Shown: positions 1 to 12,124 of the stretch, one piece after another
Numbering within the stretch: position 1 is the first letter of the stretch
Layout of the letters: each line of letters begins with the position of its first letter
Origin: Hamiltosporidium tvaerminnensis FI-OER-3-3
Taxonomy: Eukaryota; Fungi; Microsporidia
Direction of reading: 5' to 3'
DNA: 64,000 nt
NCBI GenBank assembly: GCA_022605425.2
Contig: CM061248.1
Coordinates: forward strand, 124,001 to 188,000
Translations under genes and position numbers: made by a program
Notes under the pieces: generated by a model
Seen by the model: the letters and a program-made list of their open reading frames with translations, nothing else
Told to the model about the DNA's origin: nothing
The model's database searches: none

Positions 1-193
1 CTGATGAAAAAATATACAAAAATACACCAAAAATAGAACTTAATAAGGCATTGACTATTTCCATGTTCTTTATAATAATCCTCCTTATAAAAATATTTTA
101 AACCAATGAAAAAAGACAACAAAAAAAGTATCAATTATATGACCGATCAAATATTTTTTTTAGTAATAAATTGTGTTTAGAGACCCATTTTAA

Positions 194-763
194 ATGAAAG
201 AAGGCGGTTTTTTATTAGAGAAAGACGAACAAAAGAAAATCGATCCAAAGAAAGATAAAGATATTATTTTGCCGTATGAGAACAACGCAAGTTGTAAATT
301 CTGTAGTAATTTAAATATCGATGATGAAATGCACAATATTTTCGGAATTTTTGTATGCAGAGATTGCAGATATAAAGAATTGAAATTTATTACCAAAACA
401 TCGTGTAAGAAAGACTATTTACTTACAGAAGAAGAAATATCAATATTTAGATATTTGGTTAGACCAAATCCGCACAAAGGGAATTGGAGTGATATGAATT
501 TATATTTAAAGAACGAAATAGAAGCGTTTTCATTGAATAAGTATAAATCATTTGACTTACTTGAAGAGGAAAAAAAGATACGATTGGATAATCGACAGAA
601 AAAAAATAAAAAAAAGTTTATTGGTAAAATTAGAGATTTAAAAAGAAGAACGCGTATATCTAAGAAAGAAATTAAAGAAGAAAAACATGTTCATAATTTT
701 ATTACTGTAGATGGAGTTACTAAATGTTCCTGTGGTATGGTTATTGAAATGGAAGATATTTAA
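194..763 (+). CDS. RAD14: DNA repair protein Rad14/XPA
   Basis: C4 zinc finger CKFC...CRDC, ITKT-CKKDYLL, NPHKGNWSDMNLYL motif, C-terminal HVH...CSCGM; CCC motif upstream of ATG. Confidence 0.93.
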   Translation: MKEGGFLLEKDEQKKIDPKKDKDIILPYENNASCKFCSNLNIDDEMHNIFGIFVCRDCRYKELKFITKTSCKKDYLLTEEEISIFRYLVRPNPHKGNWSDMNLYLKNEIEAFSLNKYKSFDLLEEEKKIRLDNRQKKNKKKFIGKIRDLKRRTRISKKEIKEEKHVHNFITVDGVTKCSCGMVIEMEDI

Positions 764-972
764 CAAATAATTCTTTTGTGATACTTTAACATGTGATTTT
801 ATTTTAAAAATGTTAAAAATATAAAATACCTGTATTAAATATTTCAATAAAGAAAGCCTTCTTAATGTGAATTAGAATAATTGGTTTCTACTGTTTTATA
901 GAATTGAAAAACAGCGGTGTTCAGTTTTTATTCATAAAATTATGGACTAGATGGCTATTATAAATTAATAAT

Positions 973-2648
973 TGTCACGGGTCAATAAACCATCGTGTCC
1001 AATAGAACCTACGTTATTTCTTCTACTCTTTATAAAGCTGAGAACACAGCCAACACCCTATACTTTTTATAAAGCCCTACAATTACCATACCCTTATAAC
1101 CTATTTATCCTGGTTATTCATATACATCTTCTGATTCATATTCCTTCCTATTATTTCTTTTTCATCCTTTCTTGTCATTTTTTTGTGTTAAAAATTTAGG
1201 ATGTGTTTAATATGAAATAATGTTCTCATTCTTTTTCCCATTTTATTTTTTTGCTTTTGTTATGTTTGTAAATTAAAGAACTCATTTTAAACTTATAGAA
1301 AATGCCCCTAAACAACTTAAATGGTTTAAAAATTTATTTAAAGTTTTACTTCCGCGTTTTTCTCTTCTTTTATGTTTTCATTTTACATATAAAAAAGTGT
1401 AGTGCATAGTAATTTCAATGCCAAAAATGTAAGTTGTAGAAAAATAAGTACCAACAACATATTTAAAGCTGCAAATATACAGGATTGTATAAACGTACGA
1501 ATACAAAAGTTAAAATGATTAAAATTCTGAATTATAATATAAGTGACTTATATACAAAAACTTTTCAAAGTAGTAAGATAACTAACAAGACTTCACAATA
1601 AACAAAATATTCATTAAATTTTCTGTTTTTAACTTTATTATTTCGATTGAAATATAATCTGAAAACAGCCAAAATTTTAAAAAATTACTTTCGAAATCCT
1701 AATAACCTGTTCTGTATCAAAGTTATACAAGAAAGATTTCTCGAGCCAAAGGCAAATCGAATGCACCAATCAGATCATAAAATGATGGCTTGGAAGTACA
1801 TTGCAAAAAACTTGTAAGAAAGATGGATTGAAAATCTTAAATATGTTGTATAGGTATAACAAAACAATGCATAGAGCAACAAACAATCTATATTTATGCT
1901 TTGCTTCGAAGTAGAACGGTTTACTAATTCAATTTCAGGATGCATAATGACTAAACGAAATGGTATAATCGTATCTTCTATTGTAATAGATTTTTATACA
2001 ATTTTTACTGAAGAAAATGGGAGTTTTACACAGTGGAACCTTGAAATCGTCTTGGATGTGCATGAAGAATTGAATGGCAAATAACCCGTACAACTATCAT
2101 AATAGCTAATATTTCGAAAACGATAGCAAAATTGCAGCAGATGTTGCTAAGCATTTTAAAAACTATAGAGGAGGAATCGCAGAGATAAAAATTCAAATAA
2201 AATATCGACTGATTTTTCTATTAGAGATAAAGTTTAAAAAAACTTTTCATGAATTAGAGACGAATAAAGCCTCCTTTTCACATTTTGTTCAATTTTCAGT
2301 TTTTATAGGTACAGAATTTGATAGATAACATGATTGAAATGAAAAACAACGAAAGTAACTCAAGAACGGTTTTCTGGGGAGTAATAAAACGTATTTGAAT
2401 CATTTTGCAATTATAATAATGCATTTTTATTAATTAAATGTTGACATAAAAAGTTTTTTTAGGCTATCAAAAATTCAAAGTATTTTTTTCCGGGGATTTC
2501 AATATAAACAATATATAAGCGCCTTTAAAACCGCCTTTATTCGGTTCTAAATTAAAATTGCTTTTATTTTGCAAATATAGGGCTTTAGGTGTAGGATATC
2601 GAAATTAACGGGGTTCTATTTGGAATGGAAGTTTATTGGCCCGTGACA
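973..2648 (+). mobile_element. Decayed TIR transposon with retroviral-type integrase remnant (Ginger-like)
   Basis: Imperfect ~48-bp terminal inverted repeats TGTCACGGGTCAATAAAC.../...GTTTATTGGCCCGTGACA; 5-bp direct flank ATAAT on both sides; broken SQxQIExxNQxIK*W...RWIENL...YNKTMHRAT integrase-core residues at ~1740-1890. Confidence 0.75.
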
Positions 2649-3369
2649 ATAATTATCATATCAATATGCATTTTTTTATTTGCTTGCACAAATAATTAAA
2701 ATTTCCAAATTATGATGTACCTAAAAATTTTGTATGAAATATTTTATTTTTATTTCCTTGGAATCGTATTGTTTACCTCACTAAAATCTAATTGCAAGAT
2801 TGGGATTTAAGTATTTTGTAATTGATAATACTCAAAAAAAAATTCAAACCAATTTTCACCTGCAGATAATATTAAAGCATGAAAAACCACACAATAGCCG
2901 AAAACAAAATATTGTTAATATATTACGCTTTTACCCATCACAAGGTCAACTTATAAACATTTGAAATTTAATTAGAATTATTTATTAGAATTTTATCACG
3001 AGCATTGCATTTTTAGATACAAATTTATAATTAAAAGAAAAGATTTTACATGAAAAACCGGTGAAATAATATTTTTGTTACAAATGTTACAAAATTATAT
3101 ACAAATCTTTATAAAAATAGAAAAATGTGTTAAAATAAACTCAATGAATTAAAAAAATATGATTTGTTTCTAATTTAATTCATTTTCCCTTTTTTTAACA
3201 AATATTTAGATTTTAACAGTAAATAAAAGAATGTATTGGTTTTTCCATATTATTCATACCAAATATTTCAATACAACCCAATCATCTTCTTTATTGAACA
3301 CTTAAAAGAATTATAAGTGAATGAAAAGGAGATTTTTTATTTTATAAACTATACAATAAATATTTAAAA

Positions 3370-3745
3370 ATGTTTATTTCTATTTACATATTTGCGTTTC
3401 TATTTATTCTATTTCAAATACTAAACATTAAAGCTACTTCGGGAAACAAAACCAATTCAGATCTGACTGAAAATGTTTCTGACAAAACGAATAAAACAAA
3501 AGATTGTATTCAGAAAAGTGAAGCTAATAAAAAATTACAAGATCATGTCGATACAGAAAAAGTAAAAGATACTTCTAAACAAGTTGCTGATAAAATTGGG
3601 GGTAAAAAAGATCAAGCTATCAATAAATCAAAGGAAATCACTAATAATGCAACGAAAAAAACCTGCCAAGATTGCAAAAGGAAATACTAAAAAAGCGATA
3701 GAAAAAATTGAAACTAAACTTAATGACGCCAAAAAAGATCTTTAA
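3370..3745 (+). CDS. Small secreted Lys/Asp-rich helical protein (LEA-like); apparent extra A in the run at ~3655-3661
   Basis: Hydrophobic N-terminal signal; KVKDTSKQVADKIGGKKDQAINKSKE pattern; removing one A continues ...KKPAKIAKGNTKKAIEKIETKLNDAKKDL* to TAA at 3743-3745. Confidence 0.6.
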
Positions 3746-3805
3746 AATGAATTAAAAACAATTAAATTTGACTTTATTATTGTTTAATTTTTATATTAAT
3801 TTATA

Positions 3806-4029
3806 TTTACTTACTTACTTATTCCCTTCCTCTTTTTCCTCTCGGTGTCTAAGATTAACAAATGGAAATTTTCCAATTGCTTCTTTAAATCTGTCTAACT
3901 CATAATTATAGGAGATTAGGCTATAAATCCGGTTTGGTTTATATCCCACAAAAATTTCAACAATGATTTTCACACATCTAATACACTCAATGCCAAGCAG
4001 TGTTTTTAAGTGGTTATCCTCCATCACCT
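3806..4029 (-). mobile_element. SINE-like family B copy
   Basis: Head GGTGATGGAGGATAACCAC...CTTGGCATTGAGTG shared with family A; body similar to 8641-8869; ends in (TAAG)n. Confidence 0.65.
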
Positions 4030-4681
4030 ACTTAAATTAAAATGAATCTCAATTATTGAACTATTTTCTTAGGTAAGAGAGCTATAATTTAAATTAATTT
4101 TAGAAACGGTCAAAGGCTAAATATAAATCTAGAAGTGAGTTAAGTTGTTTTGTTGGTGAATCTAAGTAATATAATCGAAGAGATCATCTTATAAATAATA
4201 ATAAAAATTTTGAAATAATTACTTAAAAATACTTGATAAACATATATTCTGAATTTTTTTTTGAGTCTAAAACATCTGAAACTTATTTTAGTCTTTGACC
4301 CTATTTTAACTTTAAAATTTTCTTAAAATATACGTTTTGTATTATTTTTTTTACGTTAATTTAACTTCCAATAAGAAAAATACAGTAGGAAATATTTTCA
4401 TCACGAATTGGATTTACACAACTAAATTTATTTTTATAAAATTGCTCTTTGTATATTTAAATCTTTTTTTTAATGCCTATTACGAAATTGATGTAAATTT
4501 CCATTTAAGCAAAAATTATGTTCATTTTATAAGTTAACTCGGTCATTTCAACCTTCCGTTCTTTAATTTTTTTTAAAAAATTTTGTTTTTAATTTATCAA
4601 ATTATTAAACAAATTAGATAACAAATTATTTTTTAATTAAAAAATTAAAAATATTTAAAAATACTTTTTTTGCAACTCCGT

Positions 4682-7033
4682 ATGCACATCGGAAAGAAAA
4701 ATTCGGATATAGTTCACATTTTGATTTGCTTTTTTTATATATCGATGGTTTTAGATTTTATTACAGCTTATAAATATACTTATGTGTTTAAAAGAAACAA
4801 AAATTCAGAAATTTTATTTTTTGAGGAAAAAACAGAAAAAATGGTGGTAAATAAAGAAAGATTTGAAGATATAGAATTCAAAATATTGCTTTGCAGTGAT
4901 TCAAATAATATCACATCCAAAAATCCTATTTTTATATATACAAAAGAAAATTTTATTGAGTTTGAGATCTTAAACAATTTTTTATATATAAATTCGGCTA
5001 AAAATCAACATAGCTGTGGTGTGATAGAATGTAATTTTGAATTGCCTTATATTTTAAAATTGACTAAAGATATAACAGAAATAACAAACAAACCAACCAC
5101 ATATACATTTATTAGCTTGTTGACATTTTTAAGTCGTATGAAGGCAGCTAAAAACAAAAAAGTACGTAAGCTTTTACAAGAGTTAATGTTTATAAATCTC
5201 TTTCATCAAAATATATATCCTTTAAAGAATAACGATTTAAATTTCGATTTCATATTTAAATCCGGATTTTTTACTGGGATCGATATTTCTACAAAGATAA
5301 ATCTAATATCGGGATTTTTAAATATTTTTATGATCAAATTTACTTTTTATGATGATAATCTTATTTTACTAGATAATAGTAACGAATATTATGATACCTC
5401 ACTTTTTAATGAACATATTCCATACAAAAATTTATTGATAAATAACAACAAAGTATTTTATGATTTAGAAAATATTTTACAAAAAACTTATATTCTAAAT
5501 ATTTTTCAGATCTTATTAAATATTCTTGATATTAATTCATTGATATTGAATAACAATATAGGATTTAAATTTTCAAATATGGATTTTCAATTTCTTATAC
5601 CTTTATTGGCTAATTTTATGTCAATATCTATTTCAAATTTTACGAAAGATTCATCTTTTTTGTTTTTGGAGAAGATAAGTAAAGTTATAAATGATGATAT
5701 TTGTTATTTAAGCCTCCGTAATATATTAGTCTGGGAAAATACACTTTTACAACTTTTGAGAAAAGAAAGTCTCAAAGGATTGGTACTTCAAGATGTTCGT
5801 ACAATTGAGAACGTTAATACCATTGAAAACTACACCATTTCGAATAAAAATTTAGATTATATTGAGTACAGTTCTGTGAAACTCAATATTATCTTATGGA
5901 ATAATTATTTTCAAACGGCAAAATTTGGTAAAATTATACTTATTTTTTATACATCGAAGGCCCAGGAATTTTTTGTTCAAGAATTTTCTAATTTCAGATC
6001 TTATCTCGAACTTTTGTATTTTAAAGTCAAATTTTTTAATTTTAAATTATCCGTTGAGTTTTGTGAAGTATTAGTAAATTTAACTAATTTGAAAACATTA
6101 AGACTCAATGGATACATAAGTTATGTGAATACGGAATCTTTTTTGTTAAACGCGATTGGAAATATGGTGAAGCTGGAGTATTTGCACATTCAACAACCAT
6201 TTTTCAGTGTGAAAAACAATCATATATTGTTCAAAATTCAAAAATTAAAAACCTTAATTTTGGAAAACGTTTTCTTGCAAAATGAAACTCCATTTATTCA
6301 CTTTTTCAACAATTATAAATTCTTTATTAAATTAGCTTTAATACGCGTAAAAATATGTTTATTGGATTTAGAAGAAATAATGAAACTTGAAAATTTATTA
6401 GATCTATCAATAGAATTATGTAAAATAGAACATATCAGATATCTACCAAAACCACAATATATCATACCAAGAAATATTATTTCTTTGTATTTTTCCGATA
6501 CCAATCTTGAGATTATGAATTATTTAGAATTTCTAAGTAATCTTGACCATTTAGAAAAGTTATATATATCAAACTGCAACCTGATAGCCGGATGTATCGG
6601 AAAATTGAGTTTAATGTGTAATAAAATATTAAAAACACTTTCATATCAATTCGGTACTTTGAATTCAAAAGATTTGAATAGAATAGAAAAATTTGAAGTT
6701 TTACAAGAATTAGATCTTTACAGATGCACATTTCAAAGGTGTAGTTTTCATAATTTAGGTAGTAATTGTAAGTTTTTTAATTCTTTGAAATCTTTAGATT
6801 TATTTAATGTCAATATAAATATAGAAGACCTTGAATATTTTATGAAGTTCAAAAATTTAAAAAAAATTTCATTAAAACTTTCTGGTTTAGATTTACTAAA
6901 AATTAAACATTTCTTAGTTTCTTTACCAATATATCAAGTCATTATAAATGATATAAGGAATGAAATACTTTATAAAAAAATACGTAAATACCTCCATGAA
7001 GAGAATATTGATATTTTGCAAGATTATTTATAA
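4682..7033 (+). CDS. Leucine-rich repeat protein with N-terminal hydrophobic segment (lineage-specific)
   Basis: Repeated LxxLxL motifs (NLKTLRL, KLEYLHI, HLEKLYIS, VLQELDL, SLKSLDL); first ATG at 4682 (the ORF track starts at a TTG, 4670). Confidence 0.8.
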   Translation: MHIGKKNSDIVHILICFFYISMVLDFITAYKYTYVFKRNKNSEILFFEEKTEKMVVNKERFEDIEFKILLCSDSNNITSKNPIFIYTKENFIEFEILNNFLYINSAKNQHSCGVIECNFELPYILKLTKDITEITNKPTTYTFISLLTFLSRMKAAKNKKVRKLLQELMFINLFHQNIYPLKNNDLNFDFIFKSGFFTGIDISTKINLISGFLNIFMIKFTFYDDNLILLDNSNEYYDTSLFNEHIPYKNLLINNNKVFYDLENILQKTYILNIFQILLNILDINSLILNNNIGFKFSNMDFQFLIPLLANFMSISISNFTKDSSFLFLEKISKVINDDICYLSLRNILVWENTLLQLLRKESLKGLVLQDVRTIENVNTIENYTISNKNLDYIEYSSVKLNIILWNNYFQTAKFGKIILIFYTSKAQEFFVQEFSNFRSYLELLYFKVKFFNFKLSVEFCEVLVNLTNLKTLRLNGYISYVNTESFLLNAIGNMVKLEYLHIQQPFFSVKNNHILFKIQKLKTLILENVFLQNETPFIHFFNNYKFFIKLALIRVKICLLDLEEIMKLENLLDLSIELCKIEHIRYLPKPQYIIPRNIISLYFSDTNLEIMNYLEFLSNLDHLEKLYISNCNLIAGCIGKLSLMCNKILKTLSYQFGTLNSKDLNRIEKFEVLQELDLYRCTFQRCSFHNLGSNCKFFNSLKSLDLFNVNINIEDLEYFMKFKNLKKISLKLSGLDLLKIKHFLVSLPIYQVIINDIRNEILYKKIRKYLHEENIDILQDYL

Positions 7034-7628
7034 AATAGAAAAAAGATTTAATATCAAAACTAAATTTAAACATTAAATTTGCCAATCATGAAACAATAAA
7101 GTATTTTGAAAAGTTTTCAGCTTCTTTTTTAATTATTTTGTTATATTGTGGTTAAATTTCCGTAAAAACTTATATAATTACAATGAATGAAATCACTTAA
7201 ACTCTCATACTAATAATTTCAAATCAGAATCTTAAAGAATTTTTGCAATTTTTTATAACCAAAGTATAATATTTATCTACAATGAAACGTATATTAAATA
7301 CAAAACATTATTAAACTTCTAATTATATCAGATTATGAATTCTAAAGTAATAAGATGGAATTTGTATTACATTAAATCATATTTCTATATTTATATGGAA
7401 AAAGACACAAATTTAATTTTGTTTTGTTTCTTGGGACTTCTAGAAGGATATGTATCTAATACTATCATGTTAGTTTATATGTTCTAGTAAAATATTTCAC
7501 TTCTTTCAAAAAAAATTAAACTAAGAAAAATATGAGTAATTGGTGAATATATGTTGTAATATCTTTTTAAAATAAATTTTTTACAACCAAGTTGATAGAA
7601 TCGAAAAAATGGCAAACAATGATTTTTC

Positions 7629-7723
7629 GATAAATTATTAATTATAATTACAGAATAATCATAATCAATGGATAAATTATTAATTATAATTACAGAATAA
7701 TCATAATCAATTGATAAATTATT
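7629..7723. repeat. Tandem duplication of ~42 bp
   Basis: GATAAATTATTAATTATAATTACAGAATAATCATAATCAAT occurs twice plus a partial third copy. Confidence 0.8.
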
Positions 7724-8640
7724 ACGACTGATTACAAAATACTCGTAGTAAATTCGTCAAAGTCGTTCCCCAATGTATTTCACCAATAAAATAAAATTAA
7801 TATAGTTAACTTAACAATATTCATAGTAGAAAATTCAGAAAAAATATCAAAAGCACAAAATTGCCATTATTTTAGTAGAATTAGTGGCTACAGAAACAAA
7901 CCTAAAAAATTTAAATTTGTCTTCCAAAAAGTACATCTAGATGTACCTTTAAAATTGATTCGTATCCATTATTTCTTAATCAATAATAAGCTGATAAAGT
8001 GATATATTAGGTATTGCGAATAAAAATAAATGTAAACAAGATCATTATATTGAAAAATAGCAACTAATGAGTTTAAATGATTATTATTTACCTATAGTTG
8101 TACTGAATTTTTAAATACACTTCGATATAGAAATATATGAAGTAAATAATTCTCAGGATACTAAGTCTGTGTTTTATTTTAATGATGAATAAACATCATG
8201 AGATGAATAAACAGAGTTTAATTTTAAGAATCATGGTACAAATTTTAAGTTTCCTAAAGTACTCATACTTTGTTGTAAATAAACATAATAAAATTCAAGA
8301 ATAGCTTCATATTTCACTAAATAACTTCATGATGTGATCTACAGTGACTTATCTGATATTTATAGTTATTATAATCAAAAATAAATTTTTCTATTGATCA
8401 TCTAGAAATAAAAATGTAACTAAGTTTTGAATTAAGATGTATTTTGAATATAAATTTTTACTCTGTATACTAGAGACTGGTTGTGTGGAAATAAGGAAGG
8501 CAGCTTTACTTCCCTGTCAATATTTAGTTCTTAACTTGTGTGAAAAACCCATAAAACCAATACTCTGGGTTTAAACATCAATACTTGATATTTTTAACTA
8601 AAATTCTTATAGATAATTAGAAAATTTGAAAATATTTTTT

Positions 8641-8869
8641 TACTTACTTGCTCATTCTACTTCTTTTATATCTCTTGGTATCGAGGATGAACAAATGAAA
8701 GTCTATTATTTGTTTATTTTAATCTGTTATAACTCGGGATTATAGGGGATCGGCATATAGATTCGGGGTGGTTTACTATCTACAAAACTAGCAACAATTA
8801 ATTACACACCAGTTGTAAGTACTCATTGCCAAAAAGAAAGTTTTTAATGTGTTTATCCTCTCTCCACCC
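8641..8869 (-). mobile_element. SINE-like family B copy
   Basis: Head GGTGGAGAGAGGATAAACAC...GGCAATGAG; tail CAAGTAAGTA; near-perfect flanking duplication AAAATATTTTTT (8629-8640)/AAAATACTTTTT (8870-8881). Confidence 0.7.
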
Positions 8870-9356
8870 AAAATACTTTTTTAATTAAATGTATTGCGAA
8901 GTATTTTTAAGATACTTTGATTTTTAATTTAAAAACTTCATTCAATAGTCCACTTTTATATTTTAATTGACTCTTTTTATTTATAATTTATTTGTCTTAA
9001 ACTTTGAATTATGAAGATTTTTTAGTTTTTTTTTACTTTTGATTTGTGAAGTCGTTTATGTGTTTACGTGCAAACATAAATATAAATTTATAGAAATTTT
9101 AACTTTCTGTTTTTTAACCTACTTGATATACTTTGTGTTGTTTTATTTATATGTAACTCCATTAAAAATTAAACATCAAATTTTTAGATGCTTAAATTGT
9201 AAAAACGAAAAAAGATCTGATTTTTTTTAAGAATTTTTGATGTATTAAGAATCGAGTGTATTTGTAAAAAAAAGTAAAAACTTTTTGATTTCAAAGAAAG
9301 AAATTTTTTATTAAAAATCTTTTAAATTCTTTATATTCACTGTCCCTTAAAAAACA

Positions 9357-10280
9357 ATGAAAAGTCGTATTTATTTAGAGAATTGGGTTATGTCATTGTT
9401 AGATTTAAAAGAAAAAAAGACAGTTGAAAAATTTGGATGTGGGGTTGAATATGCATTAGTATTGAGTAAAATATATAGTGATTTTCCTTTAAAACAGATA
9501 AATACTGCTGCTATACGAAGCGATGAATTTCTTTGTAATTTACGAGTTGTTAAAACTTTTTTAGATTCCAAAGGAGTAGTAGTTTATATGCCGATAGAGA
9601 AAATGGTAAATTGTAAAACTATGGACAATTTAGAGTTTACTCAGTGGCTCTACAAGCATTTTAATGATAATTCGGTATTAAAAAAAGAAAATAAAACCAT
9701 TGAAAATGAAATCTCACCTCAAAAAGATCAATTCAAAATTTCACCAAAAACTAAAAATTCACCAAATAATTTTAATGAAATTAAAAACCAAAATAACATT
9801 CAAACCGATAAAAATTTAAACACAAATAATTTTAATGAAATAAAAAAAGAAGATTTTTCTCACAAAAATGTAAATCAAATACAAAACGAAACACAAAAAA
9901 GCAATAATTTTATAAATAATGAGAATATTTATGAAAAAATGTTAAATGAAAAAGAAGAAGAAATTAAAAATTATTATGAAAATATTTTAACTGAAAAGAT
10001 GGAAGAAATAAAAAATTATTATGAACAAATTTTAAATGAAACAGGTTTAGAAAATCTAATGCTTAAAGCAGAACTTAAAAATAAAATGGACACTTTTGTA
10101 GAAGAAAAAGAAAAAAATATTAAAATGGAAGAATTAATTATTGCATTTGAAAAAGAAAGAGATTTTTATTTTAAAAAATTGTATAAAATAGAAGAAATAT
10201 TTTTAAATTGGGATTCTAATAACGTAAATATAAAAGAATTGTTTCATAAAGCTTTGTATGATGAAAATAATTCAGAATAA
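9357..10280 (+). CDS. BIM1: Microtubule plus-end binding protein EB1/Bim1
   Basis: N-terminal CH domain (GCGVEY, DNLEFTQWL) and C-terminal EBH motif EKERDFYFKKLYKIE; CCC motif upstream. Confidence 0.92.
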   Translation: MKSRIYLENWVMSLLDLKEKKTVEKFGCGVEYALVLSKIYSDFPLKQINTAAIRSDEFLCNLRVVKTFLDSKGVVVYMPIEKMVNCKTMDNLEFTQWLYKHFNDNSVLKKENKTIENEISPQKDQFKISPKTKNSPNNFNEIKNQNNIQTDKNLNTNNFNEIKKEDFSHKNVNQIQNETQKSNNFINNENIYEKMLNEKEEEIKNYYENILTEKMEEIKNYYEQILNETGLENLMLKAELKNKMDTFVEEKEKNIKMEELIIAFEKERDFYFKKLYKIEEIFLNWDSNNVNIKELFHKALYDENNSE

Positions 10281-11227
10281 TTTTTTTGTTTCAGTAATTT
10301 TTTTAAAAAAATAATTAAATAATTTAATATTGGGTTGTTTTGTAAAATTTGAAACTTATGTTTTCTAATCAATGTGATTGATTTATAATTATGAAATTTA
10401 AATTCAAAAAAAACTTTACTTCGACGCTTTTCCAAATCTTTTTATTTTTCTAACTCCTGTGATTAATTTTTATTCATAGATGTTGTAAACTCAGTTGAAT
10501 AACGACATTAAAACCCCCTAAATAATTATCTTTTTTACCCAAAAGAAAGAGTGAAAATGAAAAAAAACAGAAGACCTTCAAATCAATAAACAATCTTTCT
10601 TTAATACTTCTACAATGCCGGCACACGGCAATATAATTTAAGTCAAAAAAAAATTTACTTTCAAGTTTCTTTTATATCAATATCTTCGAATTTTATTATT
10701 TCTAATATTTAAATTTCTGATATAAGTTTCATTTTAATAAGTTTAATAAATATCATTCTTCTACAATCTTTTCAGAAAAAAAGTTAAATACTTTATAATG
10801 GTTTGTAAACTACGATAGCCTTGAAGATATGTCTTCTTATAAAACACAAATATATCCTATTTTAATTAATACAGATAATTAATATCCCGCGTATAAATAT
10901 ACCCTATTTTACACCTCAAGAATATTTTTTTCTCAATCTATAGAATACTTCAATGAGAGTTATCTTGTTTAATTTCTTATTAAAAACAAACATATTGATT
11001 ATATATGTACAAATAAAGAAATCAAGTTTTCCTTTTTTAAAGTCTAAATTCCTTAAACTTGCCTTTATTATTTTTTTAACGAATTGATTTTAAAATAAGT
11101 TTAAATACTTGGATTGGAATACTAGATACACAGAATATATAATGTAGTAATTACTATTTTAAAAGTTAAATATGTTCTATAAAAGATTCAGAATACTGTA
11201 CATTTTTTTTAAAAAAAACAAGTTAAT

Positions 11228-11349
11228 TTTTTTTATTTAATAAAATTCTGGGTTAAAATATTTTTACCATTTTTATATGTTTTCTTCTACTTCTTTAACC
11301 ACTTTTGTCTCTTCTTCAAAATCCGACTCTTTATTTATGTTATTGGTCG
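11228..11349 (-). mobile_element. Severely 5'-truncated copy of the RLE non-LTR element (3' ~120 bp plus A-tail)
   Basis: Near-identical to 17909-18028; flanked by AAAAAACAAGTTAAT (11213-11227)/AAAAAACAAGATAAT (11350-11364). Confidence 0.85.
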
Positions 11350-12006
11350 AAAAAACAAGATAATAGTAGATATTTTAATATAAATATATTTGAATTTAAA
11401 TTTGATATTTAGAAAGATACAAGAATGGTAAAAATAAAATAGAAAATGCTCTTTAAAGTTATTAGCAAGGTTTTTTTGATCTTCGAAGTAGAAACTCCAT
11501 AAAGGATTAAAATAATATCTATAAACTGATTTTATATAAAAATAATTGGTGTTTTAAAAAGTTCATAATTTATTAGAAATTCTGGTGAGAAAACTATAAC
11601 AAAAAAAATTTAAAACTTGATTCCAATAAAGATTATTATGAAGGTATAAAAGAATTTTAAGAAGTTTTGTAAGATATAATCTAATCATAATTTTATTTTA
11701 GTATACATTTGTGATTGTAAATAATTTACCATTTAAATTTCAATTACTTTGGTGATAAAAAAATAAGAGCTTACGATGTCTTAAACAATATGGATTAAGG
11801 GAGTAATTTCTAGAAAATAAGTAAAAAGAACTTAAATGCCCTTAAAAAGATGACCAAGCTTGTTTATTTAAGTGTTTGTACTAAATTCTAGGAGGAAACA
11901 ACTGAAAAAATATTTATATAATTGAATAAGTTGGATATTAAATCAGATGAATCATTTAGTTTTACATGAGAATAATATTATATATCCTATTATTTAGGAA
12001 AAATAA

Positions 12007-12124
12007 AACTACGGCACCAGAGGTTCCCAAGCGGTCGCCCTACTTAGTACTACCCTGGCTCTCGGAGGCTTAACTTCGGAGATCTGACGAGTTCCGGTGC
12101 TTTACTCTGGATATGGCCGTAGCT
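12007..12124 (-). rRNA. 5S rRNA (copy 1)
   Basis: AGCTACGGCCATATCC...GCACCGGAACTCGTCAGATCTCCGAAGTTAAGC...TAGTACTAAGTAGGGCGACCGCTTGGGAACC...GCCGTAGTT; paired ends; T-run terminator. Confidence 0.95.
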
